Below are positions 55,750-64,000 of a stretch of 64,000 nt of DNA, piece after piece. The stretch's first letter is position 1. The number at the start of each line of letters is the position of its first letter. The stretch comes from Octopus bimaculoides (Eukaryota): assembly GCF_001194135.2 (NCBI RefSeq), contig NC_068997.1, positions 46,320,520 through 46,384,519 of the forward strand, given 5' to 3'. The notes below the pieces were generated by a model. The model worked only from the letters and a program-made list of their open reading frames with translations, did not search any database and was not told the origin of the DNA. The position numbers and the translations under genes are program-made.

Positions 55750-57489
55750 AGTGGCTGCTGCTGTTTCTAGTAGGTGAACCTAACATGTAGAGGCTTCTTT
55801 GCTGGGTGAGATTGACTGGTGAGTGGAGGGTATGGATGGAGGGAGGAAGGAATGAATTAATTAACTGATGAATTATTCAGATGATGGCATGAATGCATTA
55901 AAAGGTAGATGGATATGGAGATAAGAAACTGGGGGGGAGGGAGAAAGAGAGAGAGAGAGATGGCAGGGTTTTAGAATGGATTTGAAGCAGAAATTTTATC
56001 TGGCTAGTATTTAACCCCAGATATGCTGTGGTCAAGCAGACCCTTGATTAAAGACATAAAGACAACCAAGCAGCACCGGCCTGTCTTGCTAAGGGTTGTT
56101 AACTACATATTATCCCTAGTGCTTTATCTTTTTTTTTTTTTTGTCCAAGATGATAACTTGTTATTTAAAGGAGATTTCACAGTTATTTCTAGCAATTTGA
56201 GTGACCACTAAAATCCCCTCCCCTGTTGGCTCTTGAGAGAGTTGGTGTTCAGTCTTGGGAATTTAGGGAGAAAAATACTGGCAGGAGCATTGAGGTACAA
56301 AAAATTCCCAGAAATATTGGTTGGGTTCAGATGACTTGGTGGCAACAAGAGTGAGTGGAAGGTATCTAAGTGACTTTTTTTTGTATTGGAGGGGTCTGAG
56401 ATCAATGACATTAATGTGATTGAACTTCTGGGACAATCGTAAGTTAATGGTTGCAGGGGAAGAAAAACAGAAAAAAAAAAAAATTGTAGAAAAAAATATG
56501 GGTAGGGAGAAAATTGCAGAGAGCTGACAACTTCTGGAGAGGAAATGTTGGTTGAAGTGATCAGAGTGAGACCAGAGATGGGGTATACACAATATGGATG
56601 GATATGTGTGATAGGAGGAGGAGAGATGAATGAGTCAAAGTGCTTGAGTGGAGATGGTGCATGGCCTGCCAGCCCTGAGGAGTGGAGGCCACTATAATAG
56701 AAGAGAGAAAAAGAGAGAGGAGACAGCTTTATCTGTGGGTCAGACATTGGAGTATGTTGTTGCCAAACTGTTGGATGGTCATTTGCTTAGGATGTGGTCT
56801 AGGAAGTCTTTATGAGACACTAGAGGGACAGTGAGACACCTGAAAGACAGTAAGACACCTGAGGGATGGTAAGACATCTGAGAGTTGATGAGATACTTGA
56901 GGGACAGTGAAACACCTGAGGAACAGCAGGACACTTGAGGGATGGTGAAACACCTGAGGAACAGCAGGACACTTGAGGGATGGTGAAACACCTGAGGGTT
57001 GGTAAGAAACCCGAGGGACAGGGAGACATCCAAAGGATGGTGAAATTCCTGAGGAGCAGTGGGTCAGCAAAAGGATGGTGACACACTTGAGGGTCGGTGG
57101 GATACCTAAGGGTTGGTGAGACACCCAAAGGATGGTGAGACACCAGAGGGTTGGTAAGACAACTGAGGAATGGTGTGACAATCGAGGGACATCTGAGGGA
57201 CGGCAATACACCTCAGGGATGGTGAGACACCCAAGAGACAGCAAGACACCTGAAAGATGGTGTGTCACTAAATTGACTGAGAGGCACCTACCTTGTCTGA
57301 TGAGAGATATGTTACCGCTATTGTCAGAAGAAATAAACCAGAATGAGAAGCAATAGTCATTGGGCTTAGAACACCGGATGGTGACATTGTCAGGCATTAT
57401 GGTGTCATGATTGGTCTTTTCTTCGTTGCTAGATTGACCATCGTTGTAGTATGCGCAGTAAGCATGGTTGTCATCTTCTTCTGCACTCG
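30143..57489 (-). CDS. BMPR2: BMP type II receptor (BMPR2/wishful thinking-like) Ser/Thr kinase, long-tail form; complement join(57489-57292,41017-40835,39927-39379,38100-37931,37271-37124,34884-34748,33090-32958,31860-30143), about 1078 aa plus an unidentified signal-peptide exon
   Basis: 10-Cys ectodomain with CCCSGYRCN box, TM helix, and kinase motifs [69 protein letters not shown]. The tail has RPTSLPL and RLSLYDDR. All phases are compatible. Confidence 0.95.
32270..32890. mobile_element. Two RTE 3'-end (family IV) copies tail-to-tail, forming an inverted repeat
   Basis: + copy ends in (GAT)n at about 32530; - copy begins with (ATC)n at about 32538. Confidence 0.8.
32958..33090 (-). CDS. 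BMPR2: BMPR2 kinase C-terminal exon (133 nt; absent from the ORF track)
   Basis: [30 protein letters not shown]; ttttgcag acceptor, gtcagc donor. Confidence 0.94.
33300..33698. mobile_element. Foldback/MITE-like element with about 145-bp inverted arms
   Basis: 33342-33486 is the reverse complement of 33552-33696; possible TSD AGTATATAAA. Confidence 0.75.
33950..34490 (-). mobile_element. Chain of 2-3 family II SINE copies
   Basis: Repeated CTAACGATTCTGCCAGC and TTTGAACTCAGAA motifs. Confidence 0.7.
34748..34884 (-). CDS. BMPR2: BMPR2 kinase exon (137 nt)
   Basis: [46 protein letters not shown]; gttagt donor. Confidence 0.94.
35118..35430 (+). mobile_element. Family III tRNA-derived SINE with a 32-bp unit amplified four times
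   Basis: A box TGGCTTAGTGG; CAGAAACCAGGAAACTAGCTCTAYGTATGTGT x4 at 35285-35410. Confidence 0.7.
35746..36442. mobile_element. hAT (Charlie-like) MITE with perfect 8-bp TSD ATGTAGGG, carrying a nested family I SINE (35918-36320)
   Basis: Ends CAGTACTTCTCAAAC / TTTGAGTAGCACTA; TSD at 35738-35745 and 36443-36450. Confidence 0.8.
37124..37271 (-). CDS. BMPR2: BMPR2 kinase exon (148 nt)
   Basis: [44 protein letters not shown]. Confidence 0.96.
37446..37908. repeat. Local tandem duplication (about 260-bp unit) of CA-rich intron sequence
   Basis: TACAAGAAAAA..GACTAACACAT and CACAAGCATGGCAGTAATTCAG each occur twice. Confidence 0.8.
37931..38100 (-). CDS. BMPR2: BMPR2 kinase catalytic-loop exon (170 nt)
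   Basis: [15 protein letters not shown]...VADLGF; tttcag acceptor, gtaagt donor. Confidence 0.95.
38418..38625 (-). mobile_element. Family I SINE 3' half
   Basis: Reverse complement of 36120-36320. Confidence 0.75.
39379..39927 (-). CDS. BMPR2: BMPR2 TM plus kinase N-lobe exon (549 nt)
   Basis: ORF 39299-40057; ctacag acceptor, gtatgt donor; TM segment then [21 protein letters not shown]. Confidence 0.95.
40835..41017 (-). CDS. BMPR2: BMPR2 ectodomain exon B (183 nt)
   Basis: ttttcag acceptor, gtaagt donor; CWSY...C...C...[13 protein letters not shown]. Confidence 0.93.
41891..42170. mobile_element. hAT MITE (280 bp), TIR CAGGGGTTTTCAAACT, 8-bp TSD TGCTTGAA/TGCTAGAA
   Basis: Perfect 16-bp TIRs; TSD with one mismatch. 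Confidence 0.85.
43865..44762 (+). mobile_element. Two consecutive RTE 3'-end (family IV) copies with multiple GGCAC/GTGCC modules
   Basis: (GAT)n tails at about 44165 and 44760. Confidence 0.75.
45560..45950. mobile_element. Possible piggyBac remnant (one terminus)
   Basis: TTAA-CCCTTCTCCCTGACC terminus; adjacent degenerate Cys-containing minus-strand frames; second end not found. Confidence 0.3.
47978..48372 (+). mobile_element. Full-length family I SINE
   Basis: Near-consensus copy with retained CpGs. Confidence 0.88.
50208..50545 (-). mobile_element. RTE 3'-end (family IV) copy
   Basis: Near-identical to 32538-32890. Confidence 0.8.
52431..52700 (+). mobile_element. Family III tRNA-derived SINE
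   Basis: A box TGGCTCAGTGG, B box GAGTTCGATTCC. Confidence 0.75.
53654..54110 (+). mobile_element. 5'-truncated RTE LINE: ORF2 C-terminus plus 3' UTR with (GAT)n tail
   Basis: [42 protein letters not shown] (RTE GRPxxxW-type motif) is contiguous with family IV sequence. Confidence 0.75.
54430..54880 (+). mobile_element. Internally deleted Merlin (IS1016/IS1595-like) transposase remnant
   Basis: N-terminal zinc ribbon CSKCGEEM...CTKRGCQ fused to C-terminal [22 protein letters not shown]...MRGV...SHLDSI...LFIAFLNDI. Confidence 0.7.
55150..55576 (-). mobile_element. Full-length family I SINE (contains an N gap)
   Basis: Reverse complement of the consensus. Confidence 0.85.
56810..57270. repeat. 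Degenerate 19-bp minisatellite (GAGGGATGGTGAGACACCT), about 24 units
   Basis: Unit length counted directly across successive units. Confidence 0.85.
57292..57489 (-). CDS. BMPR2: BMPR2 ectodomain exon A (198 nt)
   Basis: ttgcag acceptor, gtaggt donor; YCAYY...[14 protein letters not shown]...LIRQ. Confidence 0.88.
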
Positions 57490-57584
57490 CTGCAAATAAA
57501 GAAAAGAAGTGAATATATATATATATACACACATACACAAGGACATATATCTACATACTACTTAAAATCTGTACTTGCCTGTGT

Positions 57585-57995
57585 TCGTGCTTGTTTGTAA
57601 TTTAATACAGCCAAACTGGCGCATAATGGGAAAATACTCAGTAAGGTAGCAATGAAATATGAATACGAATGGAATAAAACAAGTTTCGCATAAATTGGCC
57701 CATGGATTCTCAAGATATGCGTCTTTTTGAGGTTTGTTTCCACAAATTTAAGCAGTCAAACCTGGAATTATTATCCTTTACTGTGAACACTTAGATAATT
57801 TTGCTTGCATGCTTGTCTGTAATTTAATACAGCCAAACCGGTGCATAATGGGAAAATACTCTGAAAGTAAAGTAGCATTGAAATGTGAATACAAATAGGA
57901 TAAAACAAGTTTCGTGTAAATTGGACCACAGGTTCCCATGATACGTGATTTTTTTGTGTACCTAGACTGTTGGTGACCCAACAGGTCACGGGTAG
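57585..57995. repeat. About 220-bp tandem duplication ending in a GTGACC-N5-GGTCAC hairpin
   Basis: GTAATTTAATACAGCCAAAC...GATAAAACAAGTTTCG-like blocks occur twice. Confidence 0.7.
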
Positions 57996-58000
57996 TCCAG

Positions 58001-58063
<63 letters not shown>

Positions 58064-59559
58064 CTACATATACACAAACACACACACACATTTATGTATA
58101 AACACATTTTAAAGTTATATTTACAAATGCAATAACAAACAAATTCACACACACACACACATGAATGCACATACACAAACTCTTACACATATATTCGTGG
58201 CACTTCCTCAGTTGTGATGACGAGGGTTCCAGTTGACATTGTCAGGCATTACTAGCATGAAATTGTTCACCAACAACGATCTATTGACTAATCTCCGGCC
58301 TACAAAACATGCTGTCTTCTCTCTGTTATTTTTCTATAGATATTATAGTGGCCTCTGCTCACTGGAGTTGAATGGTCTTGTGAAATCTCCAATCAGGTAC
58401 TCCGACCTTATTCACCTCTCTTTACTCCTTTTACCACTACCCACCACCATCCAGTCCTTTTTTTCTCCCCTGAATGCCATTCCTCTGGATTTCGTTTTCC
58501 AGCAGAAAGCAGTAAACAAGAGAATGGGGTTGGTGGAGATGTCGTGTACACTAACAAGCACATAAGTACAGAGACTAATGTACTCGTGGTTGTTTTAAAC
58601 AGAAGACGGACACGGTGGGGGTGGTAGGATAAAGAGTTAAAGGGTATTGATGAGTGAAGTTTTGTCTATCATCATTATCATCGTAATCATCACCTCCACC
58701 ATCGTCATCATCATTGTTGTCATCATTGTCATTTAACATCTACTTTCCAAGCTAGCTTTCAGGTAGATGGTCTGACAGAATCTTGCAATCTGCAAGATTA
58801 CACCAAACACCAGGATAGCAAAACCTCACAGATGCACCAAGCTTTAGCATCAGCACTGGCATGGTTTCTATGACTGGATGCCCTTCCTAATGCCAGTAAA
58901 TAAAATAATCTCTAGTTTTATGGTGGTACAGAATGTTACTGGATCTACCAGCAGCTGTGCCCCAAATATGTGAACTGTACACAGGTGTGTACAGTATAAA
59001 GAATAAAATAAACTAGCTGTCATTGGTTGTTCAACTGGGAAATGCTTTCTGGCACTCCTGAAAGAAAGCTGCTTTTGTGATGCAATCTCAGTTATCTGAT
59101 TTATGTGTGGTTGACATCAAAACTAATAAATGTCTGTTGTTAGTGGAGAATGTAGAAGTGTTGGTTCTCTGATATTGGTTGTAAGCAGTGATGTAGTGAA
59201 TGAGTGAATGTTTTTCTACAAAAAATATGAAAAGAATCTGTAAAATGTTTTGCATTCTGAGGCTATTGAATGAGACTAAGTTGTTGTATCTCAGTTTTAA
59301 GATGTTTTGAGTTATGTTTATTGTGTTGAGTCAAAAGTTTTGTAATATTTTGGTAGCTTATTTGCTTTATTCATCAAGTTACAACAAAAGCAGCCTAGCA
59401 TTCAAAGTAAAGGCCATTGTGTTGCCCAGTCTGGAGCAACCTTTTTGCCGGTTCTTTGATTGCATGCCGTTGTCATTTCTTGTCATTCAAGATGAAGAAT
59501 TCCTTCACTAAAGCTTCTACCTCCTCTGGGTTGATGAAGTGTCGTAAGTGCAGGAAGTG

Positions 59560-59850
59560 ATGATGATGATGGTGGTGGTGGTGGTGGTGATAACGATGAA
59601 GGTGACGATGGTGATAGTGATGATGATGGTAGTGACGACGATGATGATGGTGATAGTGATGATGATTGTGATGGTGATGACAATGATGATGGTGATGATG
59701 ATGATGGTGATGACGATGATGGTGATGACAATGATGGTGATAGCGATGACAATGATGGTGATGATGATGATGATGATGACGATGATGGTGATGACAATGA
59801 TGGTGATAGCGATGACGATGATAGTGATGATGATAATAACAATGACAGTT
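59560..59850. repeat. Degenerate (GAT/GGT/GAC)n trinucleotide microsatellite
   Basis: Direct; produces the poly-M/S/I ORFs in the track. Confidence 0.9.
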
Positions 59851-60997
59851 CTGATGATCATGGCAAAAATTAAGGAAGAAAAAAGAAAGAAATATGTCCT
59901 AGGGTCAATTTCTTTGACTAAAACCCTTCAAAGTGGTGCCCCAGCATGGCCACAGCCAATGACAGAAAACCAAAATAGATAATAAAAACAGATCCATGAC
60001 AGTACAAAAAAATCCCCTAGTAACATATTGATTCCATTTCTAGGCATAAACATCTGGGGGCCAGCCTTGTCACACTTTGTGTCATGCTGAATCTCCCTGG
60101 GGACTATGTTAAGGGTACACGTGTCTGTGGAGTGCTCAACCACGTGCACGTTAATTTCATGAGCAGGCTGTTCAACTGATCGGATCAACTGGAATCTTCC
60201 TCATTGTAACCAAGGGAATGCCAGTTACAGTGTACCACAACTAAGAGTTGTTTTACCTCACTGTGAACTCAATACCCAGCCATTCCTGGTGTCCTACTTG
60301 TTGATATGCCTAGATTCTAATGAATCCTGTAACTGATCTATCTATCTATACATACATACATACATACATAAAGACAGCAAAAGTCTGCCCACAAAATGTC
60401 AGTGGTAGAATCCTTGTTTAGAAGGACATTGAGATTCTTCTTAAGAAACAAAGCATTAGATAAAAGAAATCTATGGAATAAAAGAAACACTATTCAACAA
60501 TGGTTATTCTAACAAACTAATAATGCAAGCTAAAGGACAATATAGACACACAATGCAATATAATGGAATAAATACTTCAGATGGTGCCACACCTGTTGAA
60601 AATACACAGATCACATAAAGTGTATTATGTGGATTAAAGCATACCAACAACGGAAAAGATGAACACATACTCAAAAATCTTGTAAAATGGGAACACATAA
60701 TGCATTATACTAAACCACAGAATAATACTAATAATATATTTAAAAAACCACTAAAATCAAAAACACTTTTTTGTTAATAAGAAACCATAAGCATGTAAAA
60801 CTGTGAGCTAAATTTTGATGACTGGTGTGGTTTATTAACTCAATTGTAAATATGAAAGTTATAAAACTTTATGACCAACTGTTATACTGGCCCCATAACT
60901 GCACAACACTCTTCCATTGACTGGCTATGGGACTTACAACATGGAGCAATTGGGACTGCACCACACATTACAAGATGAAATTAGACAAGAAAACATT

Positions 60998-61032
<35 letters not shown>

Positions 61033-61049
61033 CACACATGAAGTGCTTG

Positions 61050-61453
61050 CCTTTATACTCTTTTACTCTTTTACTTGTTTTAGTCATTTGACTGAGGCCA
61101 TGCTGGAGCACCGCCTTTTAGTCGAGCTAATCGACCCCAGGACTTATTCTTTGTAAGCCTAGTACTTATTCTATCAGTCTCTTTAGCTGAACCGCTAAGT
61201 TACGGGGACATAAAAACACCAGCATCGGTTGTCAAGCGATGTTGGGGGGACAAACACAGACACACAAACATATACATACACATACATATATGACGGGCTT
61301 CTTTCAGTTTCCGTCTACCAAACCACTAACAAGGCTTTGGTCGGCCCGAGGCTATAGTAGAAGACACTTGCCCAAGGTGCCACGCAGTGGGACTGAACCT
61401 GGAGCTATGTGGTTGGTAAGCAAGCTACTTACCACACAGCCACTCCTACGCCT
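61050..61453 (-). mobile_element. Full-length family I SINE
   Basis: Reverse complement of the consensus. Confidence 0.87.
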
Positions 61454-61470
61454 ATGTGTATAAATGTACA

Positions 61471-61506
<36 letters not shown>

Positions 61507-62445
61507 CATATAACACATACACACTCAGTTTCACATGCACACATATGTTCTTTAGTTTGTTTTAGCAATGATGGATGAAGGCAATGCTGGAGCACTGCAT
61601 TCTGTATAGATATATGGGGCAACATATCCTCTAAATTTAACAGAGAGAGGGGGGAGGGGGTGTGTGAGTGGGTGGGTGAGATAGTAACCTTTCTGCCACC
61701 CAAACAAGTACAAATAGTAAATGTCATTGAGATATGTGACCAGACAAACTTGAGATGAGGACTGTCTCCACAGAATGAACACCATGTTAACAGACATCCA
61801 GTACACACATATATATATACACATCTATTGTGAGAGAAGCAATGTGGGGATGGTTAGGACCGTGGGTGGGGGTTTAAATGGCAGGGGTGGTGGTGGTGGA
61901 AGAGGAGAGCTGGAGGTTGTCAATGGTGATAATACCAATAATACTAATGATGATGATGGTGGTGGTGGTGATGGTAGTGGTCATGGTGGTGATGACTATG
62001 GTGATGGTGGTGGTGGTGATGATGATGGTAAATTGGGTAGAGATGTAAGTGGAGAAGGAGGACAAGATTCTGGATGTCGATAAAGATGCTAATGACAATG
62101 ATAGGGGCAATAATAGTGATGACGATGACGATGATGATGACGATGACGATGGCAAAATGATAGAGGTGGTGCATGTGGGCCAGATGTTGACAACTGTACT
62201 AAATGGCAATGGTAGTGGTAATAGCAGTGGAGGTGGTGGTTATGATGAACATCATCATCATCATCATCGTCGTCGTCAGGGTCGTTAACAAATAGTAAGG
62301 ATGGTGGTAGTAGGAGGTGGGTTGTAGCTTAAGTGGTGTTGATAACAATCAGATGATGATATTAATGATGTTAGTGATAATGTTGATGATTATGAGGACA
62401 ATGATGACTGAATGCAATGAGGAAACATCCTATACCCCCCCCCCC

Positions 62446-63058
62446 NNNNNNNNNNNNNNNNNNNNNNNNNNNNNNNNNNNNNNNNNNNNNNNNNNNNNNN
62501 NNNNNNNNNNNNNNNNNNNNNNNNNNNNNNNNNNNNNNNNNNNNNNNNNNNNNNNNNNNNNNNNNNNNNNNNNNNNNNNNNNNNNNNNNNNNNNNNNNNN
62601 NNNNNNNNNNNNNNNNNNNNNNNNNNNNNNNNNNNNNNNNNNNNNNNNNNNNNNNNNNNNNNNNNNNNNNNNNNNNNNNNNNNNNNNNNNNNNNNNNNNN
62701 NNNNNNNNNNNNNNNNNNNNNNNNNNNNNNNNNNNNNNNNNNNNNNNNNNNNNNNNNNNNNNNNNNNNNNNNNNNNNNNNNNNNNNNNNNNNNNNNNNNN
62801 NNNNNNNNNNNNNNNNNNNNNNNNNNNNNNNNNNNNNNNNNNNNNNNNNNNNNNNNNNNNNNNNNNNNNNNNNNNNNNNNNNNNNNNNNNNNNNNNNNNN
62901 NNNNNNNNNNNNNNNNNNNNNNNNNNNNNNNNNNNNNNNNNNNNNNNNNNNNNNNNNNNNNNNNNNNNNNNNNNNNNNNNNNNNNNNNNNNNNNNNNNNN
63001 NNNNNNNNNNNNNNNNNNNNNNNNNNNNNNNNNNNNNNNNNNNNNNNNNNNNNNNNNN
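62446..63058. other. Largest assembly gap (N run); others at 10352-10361, 11539-11736, 22188-22197, 40569-40635, 43623-43632, 47200-47282, 49032-49120, 55520-55556
   Basis: N runs, often next to poly-C/G or TA microsatellites. Confidence 0.99.
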
Positions 63059-63355
63059 ATATATATATATGCATATATACACACACACATATATATACAT
63101 ACATATATACATACACATATATATACATACACATACATATACACACACGCATATATATACATACATACAAACATACATACATCACACATATACACACAAA
63201 CATATATGCACATAGACATACATATACACATATAAACATACATATACACACATACATATATAAACATACATATACATACATATATATACATACATATACA
63301 CACATACATATATATATACATACATATACATACATACATACATATAACATTTATG
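63059..63355. repeat. (AT/AC)n compound microsatellite
   Basis: Direct. Confidence 0.9.
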
Positions 63356-63965
63356 CAAATACACTTGTTTGGCTGCAAACAGCTTAACATATGATAACAT
63401 GTAAAATGCTGTTCATCATTGATGTCGGCCTGGCCGGCTTTGAAGTTGGCAGCGACTGCAACAGAGCAGAGGTAGATGCTCACTCAATAAACCACATGGC
63501 CACCCATCCACCCACTCGCTCACTCAATCATTCATTTGTTCGTTTGCGCTCGACATATGATCCTAGCTGCATTGCAAATGTTTGCACATTGGCAACAACA
63601 AGAACAACGACGACAAAGACGACAACAACAACATCAGTGATTCATCGATCAGACACATCGAATGACATTTGCATATGTAAGGAGAGCGTGATGATGACTA
63701 TAGATGAGTTAGTCACTTCTCTCACATGGCTCTGGACAAATTATCCATCATCAGCTGGCTACATTGTAAGGATGTTACAATCCCATGTGAAATATGTGCT
63801 TGTGTGGTAAGTAGCAAGCTACTTGCCACATGGTTCTGGGTTCAGTCCCACTGTGTGACACATTGAGCAAGTGTCGTCTACTATAGCCTCGGGCCAACCA
63901 AAGCCTTGTGAGTGGATTTGGTAGATGGAAACTGAAAGAAGCCTGTCGTGTATGTGTATATATGT

Positions 63966-64000
<35 letters not shown>

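Noticed and set aside
56810-57290. CRISPR-like or coding repeat array
   Set aside because: Degenerate tandem units with no unique spacers; eukaryotic intron; the ORFs reflect repeat periodicity
59483-59982. Poly-Ser, poly-Met and poly-Ile ORFs
   Set aside because: Trinucleotide microsatellite open in several frames; no splice support
62317-63483. ORFs of 262-370 aa
   Set aside because: Mostly N gap plus AC/AT microsatellite

Overview
AT-rich, microsatellite- and SINE-dense animal genomic DNA from a draft assembly with nine N-gaps. The repeat landscape suggests a coleoid cephalopod, probably Octopus (inference). Two convergent multi-exon genes can be rebuilt by hand with consistent splice phases. 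(1) The 3' nine coding exons of an LMBR1/LMBR1L (lilipod-like) gene lie on + (2733-9713) and include a clear U12-type minor-spliceosome intron at 7843-8270. (2) A BMP type II receptor (BMPR2/wishful thinking-like) lies on - (57489 to 30143): eight coding exons, a 10-Cys ectodomain, TM, kinase and a long tail; the signal-peptide exon was not found. Between them is a CpG-rich domain (about 19.7-24.9 kb) holding a candidate unrecognised three-exon, 74-aa gene on - and an ETS/NRF1-like promoter peak. The rest is tRNA-derived SINEs, RTE LINE 3' ends, Merlin, hAT, Tc1/mariner and piggyBac-like remnants or MITEs, minisatellites and microsatellites. Almost all supplied ORFs other than the exon-containing ones are repeat artefacts. 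The most interesting points are a genomic Asp at the usually invariant Gly of the BMPR2 QGCW motif that one A-to-I edit would restore, several long intronic dsRNA structures around BMPR2 exons, the candidate small gene and the U12 intron. I found no well-supported wholly new biological system.
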